Source of the DNA: a virus
Length of the DNA stretch: 64,000 nt
Strand: one strand, 5' to 3'
IMG/VR virus record: IMGVR_UViG_3300036795_000143
Span: 15,279 to 79,278 of that record
Below, piece by piece: positions 20,303 through 30,173 of this stretch (positions within the stretch are counted from its first letter, which is position 1; the number at the start of each line of letters is the position of its first letter). Under the pieces are notes generated by a model. The model saw nothing but the letters and a program-made list of their open reading frames with translations. It did not search any database and had not been told where the DNA came from. The position numbers and the translations under genes are program-made.

Positions 20303-20373
20303 TCCACCGTGGGGTAATGGCAGCCCACCGGCCTCTGATGCCGGTTATCCAAGTTCGAATCTTGGCGGTGGAG
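20303..20373 (+). tRNA. tRNA-Gln (anticodon CTG), no encoded CCA
   Basis: Acceptor TCCACCG/CGGTGGA; D arm GGG-TAATGGCAG-CCC; anticodon arm CCGGC-CTCTGAT-GCCGG; T arm CCAAG-TTCGAAT-CTTGG. Confidence 0.9.
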
Positions 20374-20378
20374 CGCGG

Positions 20379-21593
20379 CTACACGCCCGGAGTAAGGGGC
20401 TGCGCTGTAGGTGACCTCGACGGCGGTTTCGGAGGCCAGAACCGGTCGAATTCGTCTTTCTGCGCGTCGGTAAGCGGCGGCAGATCATCAATCAACCGGG
20501 CTTCGGACAACCCGAGGACACGGCCAGCTACCCGAAGGTTGATGGCCTCGGCGCGGGTCATGGGGTCCATCCGCAGCAGCGCGTCAGGGTTCAATTTCAC
20601 GAACTGCTGCGCCGGCAACAGTTTGTTAAGGGAGTTTTCGCGCCGGATCATCGCCGGGCCCAGCGACATGGTCAAAAATTGCAGGTTTCTTTGCGTGACG
20701 TTTGCGTAGGTCACTGCTGATCCGGATATCGCTGAGTCGATGAGGTCTGCGGGGCAGTCGAGGAATCGTGAAATGTCCGTGGGCCCGAGCTTGCGGGCCT
20801 CGATCCATTCCATTCCAGTTTGCTCGGCCTGGATCATCGAATAGTCCCAGTCCTTACCGGTGACTAATGCGTCACCGCTGTGGACGGACTCTTTGAGCCG
20901 GGACTTGATCGCCTGGGCTTGCGTGTCAGAGATCGTGGCTTGCATATTGTTCTGAAGGTGACTGCGCGGGATTCCACCGCTGGTGAACCACGAAATCGCA
21001 AAATCTTGAATGCTCAAGTGCTCGCTAACGCACCACGCCGCGTACATAATCGGCGACAAACCCAAGTGGAAACCGGCGACTGTGTACTGTTTTTCGTGCC
21101 AGATCTGCGACGGCGGGTACGGCTTACCACGGATGTAGTATTCGATCAGCTTGTTGTCGATGATGTTGACACTGACCCACGCCAGGGGCACCAACTCGAT
21201 GCACGCAGGCAATCCCCACCCGTTGATCGCGGTGATAATCCCAATGGAATTACCAGCACGATCCAGGTCAAATTGGGTGCTGTACATCCATTCCATGTAA
21301 TCGCATTCGGTACCGCCGGGCGAGACAATGATCGGTGGCTTCGCGATCTCAATATGCGGCATGCCGTACTGTGGTTTGCGGAACACGTCGATAGGGAACG
21401 TGGAGATCAGGTTCGCCCGCAGCCGTAAACACGCCCACACCGCTGAGTGGCGCAACGCCGACTCATTGTTAATCATGTGACCGGGCTGCAATTGCATATT
21501 CATTCGGTGCGGGATCACGTCAGCCGCGAGACCACCGGGGAATTCGCCCCAGTACGGTCCCATGATATTAGCTGTACGGAATAGGAGGCTCAC
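20379..21593 (-). CDS. HK97-family portal protein
   Basis: ALRHSAVWACLRL, GLSPI, F..GG.P, TYANVTQR.L.FL, LLRMD...R. Confidence 0.92.
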   Translation of the reverse strand: MSLLFRTANIMGPYWGEFPGGLAADVIPHRMNMQLQPGHMINNESALRHSAVWACLRLRANLISTFPIDVFRKPQYGMPHIEIAKPPIIVSPGGTECDYMEWMYSTQFDLDRAGNSIGIITAINGWGLPACIELVPLAWVSVNIIDNKLIEYYIRGKPYPPSQIWHEKQYTVAGFHLGLSPIMYAAWCVSEHLSIQDFAISWFTSGGIPRSHLQNNMQATISDTQAQAIKSRLKESVHSGDALVTGKDWDYSMIQAEQTGMEWIEARKLGPTDISRFLDCPADLIDSAISGSAVTYANVTQRNLQFLTMSLGPAMIRRENSLNKLLPAQQFVKLNPDALLRMDPMTRAEAINLRVAGRVLGLSEARLIDDLPPLTDAQKDEFDRFWPPKPPSRSPTAQPLTPGV

Positions 21594-21608
21594 TGCTTAA
21601 CCTCCAGG

Positions 21609-21809
21609 TCAGGGTTGTTTGGGTGGTGTGCTCATGGCCCGCTGGCGGGCAGCTGCGAGGGTCGCGAAACCCAGGACGCACACACCCGAAATTGTTGTTA
21701 GCCCGGCCATGCCGAACCACCATGCCGCGACTAACCCGAGACCGAACGAGACGAGCAGCATCCCCAAGGTTTCCAGCGCCACGATTAGAAGCTCCTGCAT
21801 GAACCTCAA
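21609..21809 (-). CDS. Small two-TM membrane protein
   Basis: Hydrophobic ORF between terL and portal, a common arrangement. Confidence 0.6.
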   Translation of the reverse strand: MRFMQELLIVALETLGMLLVSFGLGLVAAWWFGMAGLTTISGVCVLGFATLAAARQRAMSTPPKQP

Positions 21810-21824
21810 CTGATTGCCATCGCT

Positions 21825-22028
21825 TTACTCCTCATCGGGGCGATAAACGACCACCTGGGCGAGCTGGTCTAAGACGATCACAACGACACCAGGTAATAGC
21901 TCCGCGAATCGCTCTCGGACGCGTTGCGCTTCAGCGATGTTGAGGTGGCCGGTGAAACCCAGGATCAGCGTGTCGCCGGGCCGGACCGGACCAGTCCACG
22001 CCTGCACAACAACGTTCTTGTCGTTCAC
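21825..22028 (-). CDS. Hypothetical protein
   Basis: Overlaps the terL stop. Confidence 0.55.
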   Translation of the reverse strand: MNDKNVVVQAWTGPVRPGDTLILGFTGHLNIAEAQRVRERFAELLPGVVVIVLDQLAQVVVYRPDEE

Positions 22029-23497
22029 CTAATCGAATCCAGCACGTTGTAGTCTTCTCCTCCGTAAACCGCGAGGCCGTGCAACGCGAGCGTCCCGGCC
22101 ATCATCGGTGAAATATCAAGCTCGGACATGCGCCGACCGAAAGCCCACGCACCATCCCCGACGTCCCTTTTTTTCGCTGCCCGGACCGCTTCGTCGAGGT
22201 TGATTTGCCCGACGTGCCGTAACCCGTCACGGTCCGGTGCTTGCGCTGCTTTCAACATCGACCCGCACGCCTGGCACAATTCCCGCGCTTGAATTAATTT
22301 CAGTTTCGGTTCGAAACCGGCCTCGATGAGGTCGGTGAGTAGCGCACCAGCGGGACCTGACGCGTCGATGATCCACGCGATCGGTCCCCACTGCGCTTCC
22401 AACTCGATGATGCGGGGAAGCATCCAATCGACGCCGGGCCGGTGGTCGAGGACGTCATCACGGCTGGTGATTTCGATGTGGGGGATTCGGTCTTCGCGGT
22501 AGCCGGCGACGGCAATGGCACCCGATTCCAAACCGGGGCTGACGTCGAGGGCGAACACCATCGGCGAGCCTTGGATTTGGGAGTTCGGGTCGAGTAGGTG
22601 TCCCCAGGTGGTGGGGTCAATCAGTGGCGCGCCACGGGGGTCATCCCAGATCCCCAATACTTCTCTGGCGTATTCGACTTCATCCATGGAGCGTTGCGCC
22701 AGGATCAGGGTGTCCCGGGAGATGCGGATACCCAACGCGGGCATCGCCTGGGCGAGCACGTGAGGATCGGTGGCGGCGACGTCGGGGTTGGCCCGGTAGT
22801 GCTCCTCATCCGCTGACCACTCGTAATAGGCCAGTCCGGGGTCACGTTCCATACCGCGTTGCCGGACCCGACGTAACGCGTGGGAACCGGGCTTGCCGGC
22901 AGAGCTGAGGTACCACAACTGCCAATTCGGTCTAGCGAAAAGGATCGGCATCAGGGCGCCCACGTGGTCCGTGGCCAACGCAAACGCTTCATCGAAAAAC
23001 ACCATGTCACCGGACCAGCCACGGGCGCTGGAACCAGTCCGGGCCACGAAGTCAATACGGGCCCGTGACTTCAGCTCGATCGACTGTTCCTCGTTGCTGA
23101 TCCGGACTTGTTTCACTTCTCGGTCAAGGTCAGGGTGGGATTCGATGAGCATTTGGATCCGCTCGCGCATTTTCCTGCTCGTGGCCATGAGGTGCGCGGT
23201 GTAAACGGTTTGCAAACCGAAAAGGTAAATGCCGGACAGCGCGGCGACTTCAGCGATGACGCTTTTCCCGCATTGTCTGGGTACAACCAAGCCCACTTCG
23301 GGTGCGGACCATCGCCCGCTGGCGCGTTGCCCGAGGGCACCGCTCAGGACCCGGCATTGCCAAGGGTCCAGCGGCATGCCGACCATGGCGGCCAGCTCGA
23401 TCGCGGCGTCACCCTTGCTGATTGACCACGGCGGGACCGATTCGATCCGTGGGACTTGGGATCCGAGAACTTCCGGTTCGGCGCGCTCTGAGGTCAT
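22025..23497 (-). CDS. terL: Terminase large subunit
   Basis: LDPWQ, Walker A VPRQCGKS, Walker B FFDEA, coupling motif YLSSAG, nuclease ALDVSP...DISP. Confidence 0.95.
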   Translation of the reverse strand: MTSERAEPEVLGSQVPRIESVPPWSISKGDAAIELAAMVGMPLDPWQCRVLSGALGQRASGRWSAPEVGLVVPRQCGKSVIAEVAALSGIYLFGLQTVYTAHLMATSRKMRERIQMLIESHPDLDREVKQVRISNEEQSIELKSRARIDFVARTGSSARGWSGDMVFFDEAFALATDHVGALMPILFARPNWQLWYLSSAGKPGSHALRRVRQRGMERDPGLAYYEWSADEEHYRANPDVAATDPHVLAQAMPALGIRISRDTLILAQRSMDEVEYAREVLGIWDDPRGAPLIDPTTWGHLLDPNSQIQGSPMVFALDVSPGLESGAIAVAGYREDRIPHIEITSRDDVLDHRPGVDWMLPRIIELEAQWGPIAWIIDASGPAGALLTDLIEAGFEPKLKLIQARELCQACGSMLKAAQAPDRDGLRHVGQINLDEAVRAAKKRDVGDGAWAFGRRMSELDISPMMAGTLALHGLAVYGGEDYNVLDSIR

Positions 23498-23744
23498 CCA
23501 GCTCGCTCCTCACCGGGGTTACCGGCGGGGCCGGGGTTGCTTTTGCTTGGCGGACCGCGAGGCGGCGTAGCTCGGCGAGGACTCGTTGGACACCACCACC
23601 GGACGCGGAGTGGCCGCCGTCAAAGGCCCTGGCGTGCATGCGGCCGACCTCGATCAGGCCGCACTCGCGTTCCTGGAGGTCGGTCGGTAACTGTCTGATT
23701 TGTTTGTTGAAAGCCAGCAGCGCGGCACGGGCCACGGCGACCAC
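23409..23744 (-). CDS. Terminase small subunit (probable)
   Basis: Directly upstream of terL; helical, with the 'ELDDLRARR' tail typical of actinophage TerS. Confidence 0.65.
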   Translation of the reverse strand: MVAVARAALLAFNKQIRQLPTDLQERECGLIEVGRMHARAFDGGHSASGGGVQRVLAELRRLAVRQAKATPAPPVTPVRSELDDLRARRTGSSRIPSPTDRIGPAVVNQQG

Positions 23745-23825
23745 CCTTCCGTGGTTTGACGACGTCGTTTATTCGGTCGTAGGGTGTGCGGCATCGCCCT
23801 ACGCGCCTAGGGAGGCACACCCGCG

Positions 23826-24482
23826 ATGAGCCGTATCAAGATCCAAACCGATGATGGCCTGGGCTGGTTCGATTCCACCCGCGCCGAGATCTACTCCGAA
23901 GTAACCAGCTGGGATGGCGACAACCAGGTCAGCGTTGCCACCGGCAACTACGCCGAACACGAAGCCCTCTACCACACCGCCGGTGGACGCTGGGTCCTCC
24001 ACCACTGGTCGGCATGGCACGGCAAACCTGAAACCTATGAATTCATCGACGACGACCGTGCCCGCGAGTGGCTGATCCTCAACGAACACGACGACGCGGT
24101 TGCAAAGCATTTCGGTGAAATCGAAGAGGAACGCGGGCCAGGGCGACCCATGATCGGCGGGAAGGTGACAATCCGCCTCGGCGACCTGCTAGCCGACGTG
24201 GAGATGTACCAAGCCGGTCACGGGCTCACCCAAGCCGCAGCGCTCCGACAGATCGTGGAACTCGGTCTCCTCCGTGCGGGTTTGATCACCCCACCCGACG
24301 GTGTTGATGTCGATGAGCTGTACCAGCTCGGGGAGCACCTTCCGGGTAGTCGCGAGCTAGCCCAGCAAATCAACCGGCGAGACGCCCTAGCCCGAGAAGC
24401 GGCCGGGCTCGACGACCCCGCCGTAGGCGTACACCGCAAGGCAGCAGCGGCGACGCTGGCACGGCAGGCTGGTAATGAGTAG
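23826..24482 (+). CDS. Hypothetical protein with a ribbon-helix-helix-like segment
   Basis: SD GGGAGG; GPGRPMIGGKVTIRL...AAALRQIVELGL. Confidence 0.6.
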   Translation: MSRIKIQTDDGLGWFDSTRAEIYSEVTSWDGDNQVSVATGNYAEHEALYHTAGGRWVLHHWSAWHGKPETYEFIDDDRAREWLILNEHDDAVAKHFGEIEEERGPGRPMIGGKVTIRLGDLLADVEMYQAGHGLTQAAALRQIVELGLLRAGLITPPDGVDVDELYQLGEHLPGSRELAQQINRRDALAREAAGLDDPAVGVHRKAAAATLARQAGNE

Positions 24483-25119
24483 GCCCGGGTACTTGATCAC
24501 TGTGGTGGCCACCGACGTGGCCCCAGCCCAGCCGCAAGAAGAGCACCGGTTCACCGATTTCAAAGAAGCCCGGGAATGGCTCCTCGACCGACTCGACGAC
24601 CACGGCATCATCGGGGCAATCCACAACGCCCAGATGCGCCAGGAAGCGGAGAACGGCCAGCGGTTAATGGACCTGTGGCACGGTGAACCACTGAAGCTGT
24701 GCGGGCACGTGACCCGGTACGACATCGATCCCGTGGGCATCGCCCACCTGGCGAGTGCACGTTGGGTCGACCTACGTGCAACCGAAGCTCGGCACAAAGC
24801 AGCGCACTACGCCGAACAGCAGCTCGCCAAGCACGTGCCGGCGCTACCCAACGGGGGCCCCGGCTCGACCTACGACCACGCCGCGCGATGGATCACCGAC
24901 GACGGGTACCAACACTGGCTGGATAGCGAGCGGGCGATCATGCTCGGTCGCTGCTGGGACCTGGCCGCCGAACTCATCGACCGGGGGCTACTCCCCACCG
25001 CGTACACGCGCGAATCGTGGGCGCTTATCACCGCGCAACGCGCCATCGCTAATCACGAGCAGTTCGACACGGTCCGCGCCGAGCTGCTCACCGAGATCCA
25101 GCAGCGGAGGCCGCAATGA
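24475..25119 (+). CDS. Hypothetical protein
   Basis: Overlapping start, good codon bias. Confidence 0.6.
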   Translation: MSRPGYLITVVATDVAPAQPQEEHRFTDFKEAREWLLDRLDDHGIIGAIHNAQMRQEAENGQRLMDLWHGEPLKLCGHVTRYDIDPVGIAHLASARWVDLRATEARHKAAHYAEQQLAKHVPALPNGGPGSTYDHAARWITDDGYQHWLDSERAIMLGRCWDLAAELIDRGLLPTAYTRESWALITAQRAIANHEQFDTVRAELLTEIQQRRPQ

Positions 25120-25291
25120 CCCACAGGCTGGTATTCCCCGAGAAAATGTTCCTTTCAGCCTTCGATCCCAGCGCGACGCGGCCCACGGTGATATTGGTCG
25201 ACTGCTGCGAGATCTGCTGCTCGATAGTCCCTAAAGAATTGTCACTGGAGCACAAACGGTGGCACTTGCGCCAGGAAGAGGGGTCTGCGCG

Positions 25292-25597
25292 ATGAACCGC
25301 AACCAGGGACGCATCACCAACGAGGAATGGAATTACGTCCTTAACGAACTGGGTGTGCTAGGCGACGACGGTGAACCTCAGCGACGGCTCACCCACGATG
25401 ACTGCGTGCCCGCGATGCTGATCTCGGCCCGGTACCGGGGACTCGACGTCATTGTCACCGCCGTGCCGCCGCTGGTACACGGCCCGTTCACGTTGCCATC
25501 AATGACGTGCCCCCATGGTGTCCAACACTGGACCGAACCCACCGGGGAGCAAATCGCCAAATGGGCTCACGTCAGCCGCGAGGGCGGTGCCGGGTGA
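25292..25597 (+). CDS. Hypothetical protein
   Basis: SD-like GAAGAGG; CPHG motif. Confidence 0.5.
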   Translation: MNRNQGRITNEEWNYVLNELGVLGDDGEPQRRLTHDDCVPAMLISARYRGLDVIVTAVPPLVHGPFTLPSMTCPHGVQHWTEPTGEQIAKWAHVSREGGAG

Positions 25598-25917
25598 CCG
25601 ACAGCGGCGACGTGATGGAGTTAACGTGCCCGCACCCGCAGTGCGGTGCGACCCATTGCTACCTCCGTCAGCGGCAGCCCGAGCTGCGGTCGGTGGCGAT
25701 CTGCTTCACGTGTGAAGAACCATCGATTCTCGATATCGACAGCGGGTGCCTTCGCCTGCCCACACCAGCCGAACACGCCATGATCGAAACCTCGACGTCC
25801 ACCATCAGGTCCCGGGAGCGGACGCAGGAGATAAAGCAGCGGATTGAGATGGCTGACTGGATGCTCGAAACGGAAGAGCGAGTGCTTAAAGGCGAGGACG
25901 TAGGAGGCCCAGCGTGA
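25594..25917 (+). CDS. Zn-ribbon protein
   Basis: CPHPQC...ICFTC; GTGA overlap with the upstream gene. Confidence 0.55.
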   Translation: MTDSGDVMELTCPHPQCGATHCYLRQRQPELRSVAICFTCEEPSILDIDSGCLRLPTPAEHAMIETSTSTIRSRERTQEIKQRIEMADWMLETEERVLKGEDVGGPA

Positions 25918-26116
25918 TGCCCTACAGCTGGGCGCTCGCCCTGGGAACAACCCCACGAGTGCACAACGCCGTGGTCGCCCACCAGCAATTGCAGCAAGCC
26001 AAGCAGCTCGTGAAACAACACAAAGGGGTGCTCAACACCCAACTCGCGGCACTCACCGAAGCGGAACGCGCCGAATTTGACAAGTGGGTCCAACGATGAA
26101 GAAAAGCGAACCTCAC

Positions 26117-26503
26117 ATGACCAACGAACCGAAGCAAATCGAACCCGTCTACAGAGACCCGGCAGCATTCATCGGTGGCTACCTCTGGCGCGCACTCTAT
26201 GAAGCTGGCCTGAAAGTCGTGCCCATTGAGACCAACACGCTGGTCGTCAGTTGGTGGAACGGCGACGACTACCAGCTCACCGTCCAACGAGCCGGGGAGA
26301 CCGAATCCGATGACGCTCGCGCACGGCCCTTGCTGGCCGCCGCCGTGTCGGAGGTCACGCGGACGGACACGGTCAACATGCGGTCGCGTCTCTGGCGCGC
26401 ACTTCAAGAGGCCCACCTCAAGGTCGTGCCCATCGGGGCTAACAAGTGGATCATCAGTTTTTGGGAAGTCGACTACAAGCTCACTATCAAGCAAGTGGAC
26501 TGA
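26117..26503 (+). CDS. Hypothetical protein with a duplicated domain of about 40 aa
   Basis: LWRALxEAxLKVVPI..N....W...DYxLT occurs twice. Confidence 0.6.
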   Translation: MTNEPKQIEPVYRDPAAFIGGYLWRALYEAGLKVVPIETNTLVVSWWNGDDYQLTVQRAGETESDDARARPLLAAAVSEVTRTDTVNMRSRLWRALQEAHLKVVPIGANKWIISFWEVDYKLTIKQVD

Positions 26504-26659
26504 ATCACCAGTAGTGCCGGCGGCCGGCGACGGGACGCCCGAGCGCGCCGAGGACCTCCAGGAAAGCACCGATAATGATGAGCACGATCCCCAGCTGCGT
26601 CACCAGGGCCGTAGTGGGAATCAACCAGCCGATGACCAACAAAATAAGTCCTAACACGA

Positions 26660-26866
26660 TCACGGCATCAGCTCCCTAACCCGGTTCAAAAAAACTGTCT
26701 CACCCGACTCACCACCGAACGAAAACGTCTCCGAACCATCCCCAATCAGCAAAAATTGCTGGTTACCTTCCTCAAAACCGAGGGCATAACCACGCGGATG
26801 AAACACCACCCGATTGATTAACCACAAAAGACCATCGGTCCGCAAATCAACCTCACGCACGCGCAT
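26660..26866 (-). CDS. Small phage protein
   Basis: MRVREVDLRTDGLLWLINRVVFHPRGYAL. Confidence 0.55.
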   Translation of the reverse strand: MRVREVDLRTDGLLWLINRVVFHPRGYALGFEEGNQQFLLIGDGSETFSFGGESGETVFLNRVRELMP

Positions 26867-27060
26867 GTCCCCCCCGATAGCCGTGTCGGGCCCCTTAGAG
26901 GAGCAGCAGGGTAGCGGCAACAAAAACGACCAGCGACGCTGCTTCGGCATGAACACATCGTGCCGCACGAATCTCGCCGCTCGCTCGCACCGTGCTAGCA
27001 GCCAACTTCCAGCCCACCGCTACGCTGCGGGAGTTAAATCCCGCGCCGGATTGGAGACCC

Positions 27061-27303
27061 ATGACTAACAACTACCTGCGCCAGCTCGACGACGAGCTGC
27101 ACCGCTCCGAACGTGCCTTCGTGACCGGTGTCGTGTGGCAAGTCCTTCGCAGCGCCGGACTCGACGCCTCGGAACCCAACGCTCCGGGGTGCACCTTCAC
27201 CGTGGCCATGTTCGGCACCAGACACCAGGTAACTATCACCGAACCCGAGGAGGCCCACGAGGACAGCGCCCCGCAGGGCCCGCAGCAAGCCGGGGACCTC
27301 TGA
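27061..27303 (+). CDS. Hypothetical protein
   Basis: SD GGAG; MTNNYL... Confidence 0.55.
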   Translation: MTNNYLRQLDDELHRSERAFVTGVVWQVLRSAGLDASEPNAPGCTFTVAMFGTRHQVTITEPEEAHEDSAPQGPQQAGDL

Positions 27304-27627
27304 TGACGAACCCTCGGAGCAAGTCCGTGATCAAGTCCGCACTAACAGCCCTCGCGCTTATCCACTACGCCATCAAAACGACCCTGGCTGACAAGATCGG
27401 TTGGATGGTGCTCATCGCGATGGCCGTCGCAGCAATCGCGTTCGCCATCGTGGACATCAGTGGTTGGGACTGGTTCGCCGCCAGTCAAATTATCCTGCTT
27501 GGGGCGTTCAGCATCGCCGGGACCAGTCTTGTCTACATTGCTGGTGGTGGGCGACACGAGAAGGCCCACGAGGACGGCCCACCGCAGGGCCCCCAGCAGC
27601 ACGCCGGGGACCTCTGATGACGAACCC
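27251..27627 (+). repeat. Imperfect direct repeat of about 65 bp (27251-27313 and 27562-27627) flanking a membrane-protein gene
   Basis: aggcccacgaggac...ccgcagggccc.cagca...gccggggacctctgatgacgaaccc present twice. Confidence 0.85.
27303..27617 (+). CDS. Small membrane protein
   Basis: Two to three hydrophobic segments; TGATG coupling at both ends. Confidence 0.6.
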   Translation: MTNPRSKSVIKSALTALALIHYAIKTTLADKIGWMVLIAMAVAAIAFAIVDISGWDWFAASQIILLGAFSIAGTSLVYIAGGGRHEKAHEDGPPQGPQQHAGDL

Positions 27628-27907
27628 CAGTGCTACTGACTCCCAGAACCTGCGTGCTGCTGACTTCATGATGCGGCAGAACCTGCTCACGGTCCTCGCT
27701 CACTGCGGGTTCGAACCAGAAGCCGTGGACGACAACACCATCATCGCGACCTTGTACGAAGGCGCCACCTACGAACTGACCTTCAAACGCCGCACTGCCA
27801 CCTCGGGTGACGTCGAGCTGACCGACGAGGTCATGGACGGCCTGGCCGAGGAAGCCGAGGAAGGTTACGACGTCAAGCGACTCCGTCCCCGCGAGCGCAG
27901 CAGCTGA
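27617..27907 (+). CDS. Hypothetical protein
   Basis: TGATG coupled; ends LAEEAEEGYDVKRLRPR. Confidence 0.55.
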   Translation: MTNPSATDSQNLRAADFMMRQNLLTVLAHCGFEPEAVDDNTIIATLYEGATYELTFKRRTATSGDVELTDEVMDGLAEEAEEGYDVKRLRPRERSS

Positions 27908-28233
27908 TGGCTGGTCGACGACCGCAGGTCATGTCCCGCCGGTGCGATACCTGCATCTTTCATCCCGACAACCGAATGAACCTCGACCCCGGGCAGCTCG
28001 CCGTGATCGTCGCCGCCAACCTCGAACGCGGAACGGCCCTGATCTGCCACACCACGCTGCGCTACGGAGACCATCCTGAGCTGGGCCCAACAGTGTGCCG
28101 TGGCTACTACGACAGCTACGGACCCCAGGTCCGGGTCATTCAAATCGCTGAACAGCTCGGCGGGTTCGAAGAGATCGACCCACCCATGAACCACTCCGAC
28201 GCTCAGCGACGCTCATCGAAGAGGACCAGGTGA
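27907..28233 (+). CDS. Cys/His-rich phage protein
   Basis: CDTCIF...LICH.T....VCRGY. Confidence 0.65.
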   Translation: MAGRRPQVMSRRCDTCIFHPDNRMNLDPGQLAVIVAANLERGTALICHTTLRYGDHPELGPTVCRGYYDSYGPQVRVIQIAEQLGGFEEIDPPMNHSDAQRRSSKRTR

Positions 28234-28796
28234 GCACGCCACGCACCAACAGCTCGTTAATCTGCGTCGCCACCTGCTCGATACTGCTAGCGGTATCCAC
28301 GGACCTGTTCGTAAGCGTTGTTGCTATTTGTTGGTTGGTGTTGGGCATCGCCTTTTACCGTCTGGGCCGGTGACTAGTCCTCAGTGGTGGGTGACCTTAG
28401 AGTCAAAGGTGCACCTACTGAAAACCGCTGAGGGTTCCCGGACGCACTGCGGGCTCCTCACGCTGGGAACCATGATGTTCGATCAGCCACCCGCCGGTGG
28501 CGAACTATGCGAGCTGTGCCGTAACAGCTTCGCCGTGGACTGCGCCGAACACTCGGTGAGGATCCAGCGCCAGGGCCTCAACTGACGTCAGCTAGCTAGC
28601 CGGCTCTCGCGGGTCACGGTCACCGTCACCACGGCGGCGGCCAGGCCCGCGAGCGCACCGGCCGCGAGCAACCAGTGCCGGCGTCTCAGCTTCGGTGCGA
28701 CGGGCATGATGCCCAACCCCACCAACAGCCGCTGTAGCTCCCCGCGCAAGGCCCGGTCAGCGGCGTCGTCGGTCACGTTCCCCACGGTTACCTCTT

Positions 28797-29234
28797 TCAG
28801 CTCGCCCTGGACGATCCTGCGGCGTCGGCCAGCTCGCGCAACAGCGCACCATGCTCGTCGTATATCAACCTAATCAGATTCAAAGTCTCGTCGTTCACCG
28901 CGTAATCGTGCTCCGCAGCGACCCGGTCATGCTCAGCTGTCCTGTTCTGCGACAACAAAATCAACGGCGCCGCGTACGCCGCCTGCGTCGAAAACGCCAA
29001 ATTCAACAAAATAAACGGGTACGGATCCCACTCCCGGACGTAAGCGATCACATTCAGTGCAATCCAGATAGTTACGAACACTGTCTGCACGATGATGAAC
29101 GACCACGAACCAAACCCAGCCGTCACCCTGTCAGCGGCCCGCTGCCCGAAATCCCGCCGATCATGCCGGACGATGTTCGCCGGATGCCGATGCCTCACGA
29201 CGACTTCGGCTCGGGCTTCGCCTTCGCCGCCCAC
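28797..29234 (-). CDS. DUF1003-family membrane protein
   Basis: GQRAAD.....GSWSFI...WDPYPFILLNLAFSTQAAYAAPLILLSQNR. Confidence 0.85.
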   Translation of the reverse strand: MGGEGEARAEVVVRHRHPANIVRHDRRDFGQRAADRVTAGFGSWSFIIVQTVFVTIWIALNVIAYVREWDPYPFILLNLAFSTQAAYAAPLILLSQNRTAEHDRVAAEHDYAVNDETLNLIRLIYDEHGALLRELADAAGSSRAS

Positions 29235-29449
29235 GACTTGCTCAAACCAGCCAGGGCCTCGCTCAGCGCCGTCAACGCTTCGAACCAGTCCTTAGTCACG
29301 GCTGCGGCACTGTGGCACCAGCACACACACCTCGCCTCACAAAACTTGCACCGCGCTGGCTGCTTCTCACCAGACCGCCCCGTCGTCGACTGGCAATACT
29401 TGTGATCACCGTGGTAACACCCCGTCGACAAATACCTATGCAAAGTCAT
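29195..29449 (-). CDS. Cys/His-rich small protein
   Basis: HRYLSTGCYHGDHKYC...CKFCEARCVCWCH. Confidence 0.6.
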   Translation of the reverse strand: MTLHRYLSTGCYHGDHKYCQSTTGRSGEKQPARCKFCEARCVCWCHSAAAVTKDWFEALTALSEALAGLSKSWAAKAKPEPKSS

Positions 29450-29484
29450 TCCCCCCGAATTCAAGCGCTACGCTCACCAGCGAG

Positions 29485-29557
29485 ATCCCCATCATCTAGC
29501 GGCCTAGGATCCCGCTCTTTCACAGCGGCAGCGCGGGTTCGAATCCCGCTGGGGATA
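29485..29557 (+). tRNA. tRNA-Glu (anticodon TTC), no encoded CCA
   Basis: Acceptor ATCCCCA/TGGGGAT; D loop TCTAGCGGCCTAGGA; anticodon arm CCGCT-CTTTCAC-AGCGG; T arm GCGGG-TTCGAAT-CCCGC. Confidence 0.92.
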
Positions 29558-29942
29558 CGTGGATGCCAAGTTGCTCCTCGCCCATCCCCCCGCGCTATGC
29601 CGTCGATGCGGGCTCACCGCCTACACCGACTGCGTTACCTGCCGGAAACCTATCTGCCACCGAGGGTGCATCGACGACCACCACTGCGGTACCCGGAGCG
29701 AAACCCGGGCCCGTAACGAAATCGGGGGGCCGCAAGCGGAGACGCCGGATCTTTTCCACTGACTCGTCGTCCACCCCCTGCGGGGAACCCTCACAGCAAT
29801 TCGCCTTCTGCCTACAAACCGGACACAACCAGCGAGTTGAGATCGGGTCGAACACCTCACCGCAATAGTCACAATCCACCGAGTTGCCTCCTAGCCCGAG
29901 TTGCCCACCGTGGACAACTCGCCGGATTAGGCAACTAGCGGG

Positions 29943-30170
29943 TCAATCCTGCCGCGTGCCGACGTAGACGTAAGCGAACGCGTCGCCAGCCTGGCCCCGA
30001 CAACGCTCATACACAGCCACCAGCGGCGGTTCCATCGGATCAACGTCGCGGTGATCCAGCGACAGCGCTACAGCCACCGGGAACCGCAACACCAGCGGCG
30101 GTGGCGAATCAGGCCAACGAAGGAACTCCCCCCGCTTCGGGCCACTAAAGAACTCCAGGTCACAAGTCAC
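29943..30170 (-). CDS. Hypothetical protein
   Basis: F.SGP..G...Y pattern; coupled to its neighbours. Confidence 0.45.
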   Translation of the reverse strand: MTCDLEFFSGPKRGEFLRWPDSPPPLVLRFPVAVALSLDHRDVDPMEPPLVAVYERCRGQAGDAFAYVYVGTRQD

Positions 30171-30173
30171 TGC

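Noticed and set aside
29485-29557. tRNA-Glu as a prophage attachment site
   Set aside because: No duplicated 3' half and no integrase in the window; phage-like genes continue on both sides.
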